Source: Malacoraja senta (taxonomy: Eukaryota). Taken from it: a stretch of DNA of 64,000 bases. Made by a program: the position numbers and the translations under genes. The notes below the pieces were generated by a model. The model had not been told where the DNA came from. It saw only the letters and a program-made list of their open reading frames with translations, and searched no databases. The stretch covers positions 17,670,001 through 17,734,000 of the forward strand of contig CM075986.1 in the NCBI GenBank assembly GCA_038087875.1. The letters run 5' to 3'. Of the stretch, positions 1-11,202 are shown piece by piece (within the stretch, counting starts at the first letter, position 1; every line of letters starts with the position of its first letter).

Positions 1-587
1 TACATCTGGCATTATGAAGTACATCACTTTCGAGAAACCAAATCTCATTTTCCCTGATAAGGACACTAAGTGCTGGAGTAACTCAGCGGGTCATTGGGGA
101 ACATGGATAGATGAGGTTCAGTAAAAAATATCCATAGTGTGTAGAATAGTGTTAGTGCATGGGGGTGATCGCTGGTCGGCATGGACTCGTGGGTTGAAGG
201 GCCTGTTTTCGTGCTGTATCTCCAAACTAAACAGACAAAATACGATACCATTGTCAATTTGGCTCCAGAGAGGTATTGCATTCCAAGGGGCAGAGAAGTA
301 CCCCAACAGTCTCAATCATCTGTCTTTCAGGACTGAAAGAACTGCATATCATCTGGGTCATCCCTGCTGGGCTACACTCAGGCCCTTTATAATATAGGAT
401 CAGAAGAAAACAATACACACTCACATTGGTCTTTCAAATCCTCTGGACTTTCCAAAGTATCTCCCAGCTAGTGAAATCATTTCTGTCAATAGGCATTGCT
501 GTAGCTCAGAAAATTAGTAGTCAAATTACTCACAGCAGGGTCCTGTAAACGGCAGTAACATGAATTCCATTAACCATGTTGGTGGGA

Positions 588-815
588 GGTACACAAAAAT
601 GCTGGAGAAACTCAGCGGGTGCAGCAGCATCTATGGAGCGAAGGAAATAGGCAACGTTTCGGGCCGAAACCCTTCAGACTTCAGTCTGAAGAAGGGTTTT
701 GGCCCGAAACGTTACCTATTTCCTTCGCTCCATAGATGCTGCTGCACCCGCTGAGTTTCTCCAGCATTTTTGTGTACCTCCGATTTTCCAGCATCTGCAG
801 TTCCTTCTTTAACAC
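588..815 (+). mobile_element. Penelope-like non-autonomous fold-back element with hammerhead core
   Basis: ~95-bp inverted arms plus ~37-nt 3' tail; 16-bp TSD AACCATGTTGGTGGGA at 572-587 and 816-831; CTGAAGA-A-GGGT-TTTG-GCCC-GAAA-CG-TT at 686. Confidence 0.85.
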
Positions 816-3019
816 AACCATGTTGGTGGGATTGGCCGCTAATACACCATGCTATGCTAACCTAAATAAAGTCATGAGGTGATTTCCATTTAGCTCAATG
901 CAACCTCTCAGCCAAAGTCTAGACACAGTCACGGCTCTACAGCCTGAAATCTGAAATGTGGCTCAAACCCTTGATCTTCTGATTCAGGTGAATGAGCAAG
1001 TCTGAATTAAAGCAATTGCCAACTAAAATCCCAAATTTTACCTAACCCAATGCAACCAGCTTTCTAATCAGAAGGTAAAAGCTTGAAGTCAGGGTTTACA
1101 TTTTGATTGGAAACTCCTCCTGCGCTTGGAACATTTGACAGTTCCATATTAGGCATCTAGCTGAAGACTAGCAGAGCAATCAGCGTCCCACCGCACGGGG
1201 GTAGGATTCTGGCCAATGTTCAACACTCGGACCCATCAAACCAGGACATGGAGTTGGTGCCAGTCACAGCGTGATCTTTTCGTTTCACCTGGAGGAGGGC
1301 ATGTACTGAGGAGAATGCTAAGGAAAAATGCCAAAGAAAACTAAATCTGCATAACGTATTCAGTGCAGAATGTTGGAGAGAAGAAATCTCAGGAGCGAGT
1401 CTCAAGTGGTGAAAGGAGATCAGAATCACATTCTGATGTGTTGGCAGAGCAGTGGGCTTGTGGCATATCAACGGGGTCTTTCTCATCTGCAATAAAGGGT
1501 AAATACTTGCTAAGAGTTAATCAGAGGTGGAGCTGGTGAGAGGGAATAAGAAACCAAGTTAACAGCAGAGGGAATGTGGATTCAACATTCAGAGGCATTT
1601 TATACCAACACCTGTCAAGAGAGACGAGTACAGAATTCCCAAGCAAAGAATGATACTCAAAGCTGGTACAGGTAACGAGGCAATTCCTCTGTTGATCTTA
1701 ACCAAGTTCCCTCGCACTGGCGGGCTCTTTTCACAGTGTTGTCCACTCACATTCTCATCAAAGTAGTCAATGGGAGGAAATGTGGCAGATATGAAGGACT
1801 GTGGTTAAATGTGCTACAGTACACCTCAACTTCTGTGCGTGCTACATTGCAGAGTTTCATGAGAAAATCGATTGGGGAACATGTTTTACTATGGCTAGCT
1901 TGAAGTTTGAGATTTTGCTCTGCATGTGACAAACCTTTATGTAGTGATGCCCAAATATTGTCTGTGATTACAATGTTTTGCATTATGTGCTCATGTAGAA
2001 GTGAGGTTCAACCAAAAACATAAAACCTATTTCACTGAGATTTAAAGGGGACCCATTTAAGCACACTGGGTTTCGACATTGGGAACTGGCTGCAGGTACA
2101 TGTTCTTTAAGGTGAAATATTTCCCTCTTGTTGAAGATAAGAAGGGCTTATTTGAGATCACAAGCTCATTGCTCCATTAACACCGCTGAAATGTGATTCT
2201 GATCTCCCTACACCATCACAGCCGCACACCCTTGCTCGTAACACAGATTGGGCCGAATGCATACTAATATGTTTCACTGCTGAGACGGGAGCTGCAGATG
2301 GTTGTTTACCAAAAAAGATACAATGCTGGAGTGACTCAGCGAGTTAGGAACATCACCTATCCATGTTCTCCTGGGATGCTGCCTGACCTACAGAGTTGCT
2401 CCAGCACTTTATATCTTTTGTAATATGTTTAATTGCCTGCTTAGCACATCTCTTCAACACTGTAGAACTTCTGAATAACATCTGGGTCTGTCCGATAGAA
2501 TTATATACAACAAACAGAAATGCTGCAGCATATGTTGCTCATTAGAGGCATTAAAAACTGCAGATGCTGGAATTTGAACAAAAAACCAAACCACTGGGGG
2601 AGCTCCGTGGGTCAAGCAGCATCTGTGGAGGTGGAGGAATCGTCAGCATTTTGGACTGAGACTCCGCTCAGAGTATTCTGTTCATTGACCTGTGTCTCTG
2701 TATTTCCAGATTTCACAATGCTTTTTCAACTTTTCCATACTACTTAAAGGTTACTTAAAAGAGTGACTCTCCCAACAGTACGTGCAACCGTTCCAGCGCA
2801 GAGCTCCTTCAGATTCAGCACTGTGACAGTCAGCTTTAGAGCAGTGAGCATCTCCTGCAGGGAAAATTTCCACGGGCCAACGGAACAGTTTTTAAAAGGT
2901 TTGTGTTTGGCGATCAATGCTCTTGTAAATGGAGAATGGAATCAATGCTCTTGTCAATGAAAGTTTAAATACGTTTGCTGATTCTGACGCACTTCTGACT
3001 GACTCTTGACTGAAGACTT

Positions 3020-3154
3020 GAGTCTGAAGAAGGGCCTCGACCTGAAACGTCACCTATTCCTTTTCTCCAGAGATGCTGCCTGTCCTGCGGAGTTACTCCA
3101 GCATTTTGTGTCTATCTTCAGTGCAAACCAGCATCTGCAGTTGCTTCCTACACA
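3020..3154 (+). mobile_element. Penelope-like terminal repeat, single copy
   Basis: AGTCTGAAGAAGGGCCTCGACCTGAAACGTCACC...CAGCATCTGCAGTTGCTTCCTACACA, same module as 28409-28539. Confidence 0.75.
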
Positions 3155-3165
3155 ATTCGGAATAT

Positions 3166-3248
3166 CTCTCTCTCTCCCTCTCCCTCTCCCTCTCCCTCTC
3201 CCTCTCCCTCTCCCTCTCCCTCTCCCTCTCCCTCTCCCTCTCTCTCTC
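3166..3248. repeat. (CTCTCC)n microsatellite
   Basis: Direct observation. Confidence 0.95.
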
Positions 3249-3837
3249 CTTCTAGCTGGGATCCTGACTCCTCTCACTCAGCGCAGAAGATGCTGTGGCC
3301 ATTGGTGAAGTAGCACTGCCGTATAGCAAAATTCCCAAATTGGCTCTCTGCTTTATTTTGTTCCTCTGCGTCTTTCACCAGAGTTCTGCTGGCATTTCAC
3401 CCACACCATAATGAGCAGTTTTCCACATTTCACTCACAACTAGAGGGAAATTCTCCGGGAGGTTTTCGGCAAAACAGACTCTGCTAATAGCAGTAAAATG
3501 CAGAAGAATGCTCAGTCTGTTCAAACTTTCCAGTCTCTTCCACTCTGTTGACGTGGTATTTTGGCCGTTGTCTTAGCAACAGTATGCCGAACCTCCCCCC
3601 CCCCCCCTCCTCCTCCTACCATTAATGTTATCTGTGGATGAGTCATGAGATTAAAAACAAAAGTCCTGGAAACGCTACCAATTTAGTGTTGAATGAATGC
3701 CAAGGCTGTTCCAGTGTCCTCACACATTTCCACCTGGCACTGGCAGGGCATGCCCTGATATTTGCTTGACCATCGCACTGCATCCAAAACATCGACTGTC
3801 CATTGCCTCCCCAGATGCTGCCTGACCTGACCTGAGG

Positions 3838-4300
3838 GTGGTCCATGGCACAGTGGGTAGAGTTGCTGCCTTGCAGTGCCAGAGACCCGGGTTCGATCCT
3901 GACTATCGGTGGTGTCTGTACGGAGTTTGTACGTTCTCCCTGTGACCACGTGGGTTTCCTCCGGGTGGTCCGGTTTCCTCCCACACTCCAAAGACGTCCT
4001 GGTTTGAAGGTTAATCGGCTTTGGTAAGTTGTAAAAATTGTCTCTGGTGTGTTAGTATACATAGAAAATAGGTGCAGGAGTAGGCCAATCACCCCTTCGA
4101 GCCAGCACCGCCATTCATGATCATTCACCGCAATATGATCATGGCTGATCGTCCAAAATCAAAACCCCGGCTTTTTCCCCATATCCCTTGATTCTCTTAG
4201 CCATAAGAGCTAAATCTAACTCTCGATATGGTGATCAATGGTCGGTGCGGACTCAGTGGGCCAAAGGGCCTGTTTCCGCGCTGGATCTCTAAAGTCTAAA
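3838..4300 (+). mobile_element. tRNA-derived V-SINE (HE1-like), interrupted by a minus-strand CR1 tail at ~4058-4225
   Basis: A box TGGCACAGTGG 3846, B box GGTTCGATCC 3890, V-domain GTGGGTTTCCTCCGGGTGGTCCGGTTTCCTCCCACA, LINE-like tail GGGCCAAAGGGCCTGTTTCC...CTAAAG. Confidence 0.85.
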
Positions 4301-5448
4301 GTTCCTCCAGCACTCCAGTTTCTGCAGTTCTTTGTGTGCTCAAATCCCTCCACGACTTTGACCCTCTCTTCTTCTGTAACATTTCCCATTGTACAATTCT
4401 CCAGGATTTTCACTGCCCTCCAGTCCTGTGTGTGTCCGATCTCTTTGCCCAATTAGTGTTGGGAGTACCTTGGATTGATCAGGGCCTATGGTTTGGAGTT
4501 CCCTCTCTAAACCAAGCTGCCTCTATCCATCTCAACGATCTTGCAAGAAATGACTTAGAACCCAAGTCTTTGAACGAGCCACTTATTTGAATATCTCTTT
4601 ACGTAGCTTGTTATTAGTTTTGCCTGTTCATACCCATGTTGTGCACCTTGAGACACCTTTTATTTTTGAATGGTTCAGTGTTAATGCAAGTTGCTGTTGC
4701 CTCGATAGAGGATCAGGTGATCGCAACTCTCTTAATCATTCCTTATCCGGAGGCAGAGATTTATTCTCCCTGGGAACACATCTTGCAGACGAAATAAGCT
4801 CAGGGTGCATCTCAGTACCTGGCCATCGCTCAGTGATATAATCACCAGGCTGCACATAAACATGGAGCACTTGGCAACATTGTGAATGGCTTGATGAAAT
4901 ATCCCGTTGTTCAGGCAGAACATGTAACGTGAGAAGATAATATCTGGGGGATATCTCAGCACGTTGGTGTGCAGTGGTACTGGATGAGTCAATATTTTGC
5001 ACCATTTGATTGTATGAATAGAGCTTTTGGAATCCTTACTGAGTACTTTCATCTTTAAACTCTGCAGTATTCAGAATTAGGTCTCCAAAAATAAATGTGA
5101 GGTCTTGTGGAAGGACAATGATAGAAATAAAACTCTTTGTTTGTATTTATTACTTCAATATCAAATTCTTGCAAACTGTCTCACAGTGATAAGTCCATTG
5201 AAGTTGTCTGACTGCCTTCCTAATCCTCAATGGTTTCGTTGTCATGTATGCACTGTACAGTGAGATTCTGTTTGCATAGATCGCACATGCATGAGTCACC
5301 ATAGTTTGGCGCCATTTACAAAAAATTCAAAGGCCGGTCCACGGGCTCGATGTACTGGAGCAGATCCCGATCCAGATAAGCCCCAAGCCCTCCTCCGTGT
5401 CCTCGACGGGCTTGGCCTGCGAACTGATGTCCCTCTACTCACCCGACA

Positions 5449-5925
5449 GGGGGGACCTCATTGAAACCTACAGAATAATGCAAGGCATAGATAGAGTGGA
5501 TGTGGAGAGGATGTTTCCACTGGTGGGAGAGTCTAGGACCAGAGGTCATCGCCTCAGAATTAAAGGGTGCTCTTTTAGAAAGGAGGTGAGGAGGAACTTC
5601 TTTAGTCAGAGGGTAGTTAATCTGTGGAACTCATTGCCACAGAGGGCTGTGGAGGCCGAGTCAGTGGATGTTTTTAAGGCAGGGATAGATAAATTCTTAG
5701 GTACACAAAAATGCTGGAGAAACTCAGCGGGTGCAGCAGCATCCATGGAGCGAAGGAAATAGGTAACGTTTCGGGCCGAAACCCTTCTTCAGATAAATTC
5801 TTGATTAGAACGGGTGTCAAGGGTTATGGGGAGAAGGCAGGAAAATGGGATTAGGGGGCAGAGGTCAGCGGAGTAGACTCGATGGGCTGAATGGCCTAAC
5901 TCTACTCCTATAACTTGTGAACTTG
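5449..5925 (+). mobile_element. CR1 LINE 3' fragment (interrupted at 5699-5790)
   Basis: RGDLIETYRIM...FFSQRVVNLWNSLPQ; 3' hairpin region. Confidence 0.9.
5699..5790 (-). mobile_element. Single-arm Penelope-like element inserted into a CR1 fragment
   Basis: TSD AGATAAATTCTT at 5687-5698 and 5791-5802; CR1 sequence resumes after it. Confidence 0.8.
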
Positions 5926-6546
5926 TGACTGTCTTTGCGTCCTGCAGCCGACCTCGAAGGCACTGGAGACAACCCCCCAGTCCCTGTTCTACCGGCCCAT
6001 TCCTCATGTCCATTGTCACCAGCAGCTCCCCCCCTCCTCGGCTCTCTTCAGGGCCGAGCTTAACCACTAGGATGAGGAACAACTTGATCCCATGTGTGAC
6101 ACGTTGCAAAGAAGGCCACACAGTTTTTGCTGCATCCACCCCCACCAATACCGTTCAACTCATCCTCCATAACAAATGGGGGAAATAAAATTCTCCCCTC
6201 GAAATTAAACATGGACATACCAGATGGAAAAACTGAAACTTGAACCTTTTGACCATAAAGGACATATCTTTGTAGGACTGAGTACTTGTTGATAATAAGC
6301 ACAGCAATATATAGACTGGTTCAGTGCCCTTGCCAACATTCCTGTTTTTAACGAGTTGTTTGCATTAATTGATGCAGCGTTCTGTGGGGGAGAGGGAATC
6401 CCTGATATTGAAGCAATGGTACAAAAATCAGCTAATTACTCCAGAAGTCACAAAACATTAGCAGAATGGTGTTTATTCCACAGACTAAATTAAAGATAAT
6501 GAACTCACCATTTTTCACTTATACTATTTGCATTCTTCACTTTTAA

Positions 6547-6845
6547 TTTAGTTTAGTTTATAGATACAGCGCTGAAATAGGCCCTTCAGCCCACCGAGTC
6601 CGCACCAACCAGCGATCCCCACACATTAACACTATTCTACACACACTGGGGACAATTTCCAATTTTACCAAAGCCAATTAACCTACAAACCTGTACATCT
6701 TTCAGTGTGGGAGGAAACCAGAGGTCCCAGGGTAAACCCACGCAGGTCATGGGGAGAACGTGCAAACTCTGTACAGACGGCGCCCATAGTCAGGATCGAA
6801 CCTGTGGCCTCTGGCGCTGTACTTTACCGCTACGCCACCGTGCAC
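6547..6845 (-). mobile_element. V-SINE (HE1-like)
   Basis: Reverse-complement B box GGATCGAACC, V-domain, (TTTAG)n tail. Confidence 0.85.
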
Positions 6846-7509
6846 ACCGGCGCCACATTTAGAGAATTGGTTGACCTCTCAGCTTGGTGGGAATGCCCCG
6901 TCCAATAAGACAGCTGCAACCTGAATAAAAGTACATCAGATCCACTTGAAGTCTGTGTCACTGACCGCGGACCACAGGGACATTCAATGTGCATCCACCA
7001 CAGAACACATATCTGTCTGTATTTACACCATTATCTCCAAGGTTTTTGTTTGCATTGGATTATTAGCCGGTGGTCTTTACTATGATTCCTCCAACAGGTG
7101 GTCTGACCACAGCACAGGGACCCATCAAGCCCTGACAGCGCTGCACTGTGGACGGTGGAGATGAGGAATGCAAAGTCCAAGTCCTTTATGGAAATTACTT
7201 TCTGCGAAAGGCCGGTGTTTATAGAGCAGAGCCTCTCGAGACCCCAAACCCACCCACTGAGATGAATCATGAGTGAAAGATGAGCAGTACTAGGGCAGGG
7301 CTCGCATTCCCACAAGAGGGAGCAAAAATAGAAATGTTAGAAATACTTCCTCCATCACTTTGAGTCAAAGCTGATTTTGAAGAGACAGAATTTTGAGGCC
7401 AGAGTACGACTATAACTCATAGCCGCTGCTTGACGATGACTGTCTTAAAGCGCATAGTACTATGTGCTCCGGAATAATTGGTTGGTCCTTGTGAGGAGTA
7501 CGTCAGCAT

Positions 7510-7799
7510 GGGCGGCACAGCGGTAGAGTTGCTGCCTTACAGCGCTTGCAGTGCCGAGACCCGGGTTCGATCCTGACTACATCTGCTATTTGGACGGAGT
7601 TTGTACGTTCTCCCCGTGACCGCGTGGGTTTTCTTCGGTTTCTTCCCACATTCCAAAGACGTACAGGTTTGTAGGTTAATTAGCTTGGCGTATGTGTAAA
7701 TTGTTCCTAGTGTGTGTAGGATAGCAGGACTCACTGGATGGTGCGGACTCGATGGGTCGAAGGGCCTGTTACCGCGCTGTATCTCTAAACTAAACTAAA
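7510..7799 (+). mobile_element. V-SINE (HE1-like)
   Basis: B box GGTTCGATCC 7564-7573; tail GGGTCGAAGGGCCTGTT...(CTAAA)n. Confidence 0.85.
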
Positions 7800-7832
7800 G
7801 GTACCGGACCATTGAGTTAATACTCTCCCTTA

Positions 7833-8297
7833 AGGGCCTGTCCCAAGGGCATGCGACCTGCATGCGGCAAGAGCGACCTAAAGGGCCTGTCCCACCAGCA
7901 TGCGCCTGCATGCGGCAAGAGCGACCTAATGTGGTCGCTTGAGCCGTACAGGCCTCGCGGGGCCGGTCCCACTTCGATCGCCGGAGCCGTATGGAGTTGT
8001 GCGGAACTGGTCCCGACATCGCGCGGGGCTCCGAAAAACTGACCGTGTTTAATAATTTCGCGCGGCAACGGCCTGCCGGCCCGCAACCGCCTCGACGCCG
8101 TACGCGCCCTCGATGGGTGTGCGCAGCGTCTCGACGCCATGTGACTCACTCGACCTCTGCGCGGCTCCCGCTTCTGGTTTGGTCGCGCTTGCCGCATGCC
8201 GTACGGCTCAAGCGACCATGTTAGGTCGCGCTTGCCGCATGCAGGCGCATGCTGGTGGGACCGGCCCTTTAGGTCGCATGCCCGTGGGACAGGCCCT
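7833..8297. mobile_element. PIF/Harbinger-type MITE, nested (inner element 7882-8268)
   Basis: TIR AGGGCCTGTCCCA / TGGGACAGGCCCT, TSD TTA (7830-7832, 8298-8300); inner element with ~48-bp inverted arms. Confidence 0.85.
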
Positions 8298-9504
8298 TTA
8301 CTCTCTGGATTTCCATTCCACTTTCACATTTCCAGGCAGCACTGTTTTCCTTCAAGTGTCTGGTCTTCACCCCTGCTGGGGCAACAAAAAAGTGTTTGTT
8401 TCATTTGGAATACCATACAGTAGTTCCACAAGTCATGAGAATAAATATGCAGGCCCAAACATATTCCTCAAATATAATGCAGTTATGTCTTTGGAAGTTG
8501 TCGGCAGCCACAAGCCCTGTCAAACCCATTGACTTTTTCTTCTGATCAATGTGTCTCAGTTTGCTACCCTCTGACATTTCTAGCCCAAGTGTACACATTT
8601 GATCACACACCTCCATCTTGGATTGTGTTGTGTTAATCCATCACCACGTGAAAGAAGAAGTCAAGGGAACGAAATTTTCCTTGGAAAGAAAAACACTGGG
8701 TTTACACCTCCCTTCATATTCATAACCTGGTTGGAAAAAAAAAAATCACATTTTCAGAAATGCCAAGGACTGAAGGGAAATGGGCGATCTGGGGTGGAAG
8801 GAGTTGCCTGGAGCCCATCTAAACCTACCTCCATCAATTAACTTAGAGCTGTATCCAGGGGAGTGGACACTGAGCAGTTATCCTGGCCTGAGTTCGATGA
8901 CCACACTGTTGCAGGTTTCCAAGGTTGTTTTCATGCACATCATTTAGCTGTAAATATCCTCCACTCACTGTATTGTTTTCTGGAGAAATTGCCCCGGTTT
9001 TATTTGGAGAAGTTGCTTCCATTTCTCTTTTCCCAATCCGAAATTAGATTCTGCTTTTGACTACAATGACTTTGATGTACAACTACAAGTTTGCTAAGTC
9101 ACATGTCCTCACCCACCTCAAACACATTGATGTGGTGTGGTCAATATATATATATATATATTGACCACATATATATACGTCAATGTGGTGCCTCATCAAT
9201 GTGGGGCTTCACCCTCACTAGAGGCTCAATGGTCTGTAGGAATATACTCTTATGTGCTTCAGTGTCATGCAATGTCATATTCTGGGTATCGGGTCCTTAT
9301 TAATATAGGGAATAATAAATAGTAAACCTCTTTTCCCAGGTTGGCTTCAGTGAGAAATCCATATTTTTTTGGATACATCCAGAGATCTTAACATTATCGG
9401 TGCTTTCAACTTCTGGTGAGTTAACACCACACACATTTACAAAGCATTTGCACAGAGTAATAGCTATAAGGAGAGGTTGGACAATCTTTGATTGTTTTCC
9501 CTGC

Positions 9505-9900
9505 AACTTCAGAGGTTGCGGGGGAGACCTGAGAGAAGTAAATAAAATTACGTAAGGCATGGATACGATCGACAGCCAAAATCTTTTTTTTCCCCAGGGT
9601 GGAAATGTCAAAGACTGGAGTGCATAGCTTCATGATCAGAGGGGGGAAAGTTTAAAGGAGATGTGCAAGGCAAGTTTTTTTACGCAGAGAGTGGTGTGTG
9701 CCTGGAACCCGCTGCCAGGAGTGGTGGTGAAAGCAGATACGACAGCGGCATTCAAGAGGATTTTAGATAAGCGCATAGATATGCAGGGAACGGAGGGATA
9801 TGGATCACGTGCAGGCAGAGGACATTAGTTCATCTTGGCATCACGTTCAACACGGACATTGTGAGATGAAAGGCCTGCTCCTATGCGGTATTGTTCTATG
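9505..9900 (+). mobile_element. CR1 LINE 3' fragment, decayed
   Basis: AGAGGTTGCGGGGAGACCTG..., TTTTACGCAGAGAGTGGTG...GCCTGGAAC, AAGGCCTG..CTATG tail. Confidence 0.85.
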
Positions 9901-11164
9901 GTCCAATAAAACACTGCAGGTTATTATAGAACTGCAGCCTACTTTTACCATTCCCAGAATTCTATTTTTGTGGACGTAGTTTTGATTAAATGATCCAAAT
10001 GTTCAGAACATGAAGCAGAATTTGGCAAGTGGCTGGTTTATCCTTTTAAAGTTGCATTTGGCTAATGTTTGTTTCATGCACGTTTCTTTGATAAATTAAT
10101 TGATCAGTGGACTAAAACTAAAACTCAAAATTGTATTTGGACTTGAGGGGGAGCCGGAGAGGGGGAGCACCATCAGGAAGGAATGTTCCAAAACTGCTGT
10201 ACATCTTGGTGCAATGGGTTGGCCTCCCTGGACACGTGGCCAGCATCTGTCACTTGGGGGGGAGATGTCTGGAGCAGCTGTTGGAGCAAGAGCTTCAGTA
10301 ACTCCATTCATCAGATGACATTCCCGTCTGACTAACGTTGGCTTTGAAATCACGATCCCACACAGTCACTCAATCTGCCAGGCTTAACTCCATCATTACT
10401 GATGGCTGACACTCGGCCTCGGTGATGTGTTCTTTTCTTCTCTGCACGCAAGCAGCCAAGCGGGTCAAGGGAGGCTCAGCTGAAGACAAACCTCCCTTAA
10501 CTATGGGGCCAAGTCCCCTGCTCAAGATAAGTGGGCGTTACTGGTTCAGGAAAGAGGACAACAACAGTGGAAGGAACAGTGAAAGTGTTATGGTTGTGCA
10601 GGGGGAGGAGTTGGGGGGGAGGAGGGGGGCAGAAGAGTGTCGTTCTCGGTAATGCTGTGGGTGTAGGAAGAAAGTCCTCGGATCAGGAAATCCAGAGGTT
10701 GCCTGTGAGAAGTCAAGTCAATCCTTCTCCTCTTGGACCAAGAAAACTTCCCAATATTTGTGTAAAGAAAAATCAACTCTTCTGGGCATTTTACTATTTA
10801 CAAGTTGCCCGGCAATTCTTCCCACCAAGGTCTCAGTTAAAAATAACCAATGGGCCCTAACGATATCACTGGTGCCTGACTGACATTTACATTCGTCCTT
10901 AGTTGCCTAGCGTGAGGATCCATTGCATCTGTAAGTTAAACTGATCAGTTGCCAAATGTGGCCAGGAATCAAATGTGTAAGTCCAGTGAAACAGCCAAGA
11001 GTTCACTGGGTTAAAGGTTGTTCCCTTGTCTCTGAAAAGATTTGTCAATCCAATCAAAAATGCTAGTTGCAATAAACACGTCAAAAAGATTTTCATGAGA
11101 TATTTAGTTCACGACCCTGGTGGCTACTGGAATCAATCTGTCCTCCCTTCCCCTAAGCCGGAAT

Positions 11165-11202
11165 TGAGTCTGAAGAAGGGTCTCGACCCGAAACGTCACC
11201 CA
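11165..11202 (+). ncRNA. Minimal hammerhead ribozyme motif
   Basis: TGAGT-CTGAAGA-A-GGGT(CTCG)ACCC-GAAA-CG-TC|ACCCA; helix I 4 of 5 pairs. Confidence 0.65.

Noticed and set aside
588-815. Fold-back units as DNA MITEs or miRNA precursors
   Set aside because: Asymmetric 3' tail, variable 11-16 bp TSDs and association with PLE coding relics favour a retroelement origin; no small-RNA evidence is available.
3846-3900. tRNA gene (A and B boxes)
   Set aside because: Boxes belong to the SINE head; no complete cloverleaf and the V-domain follows directly.
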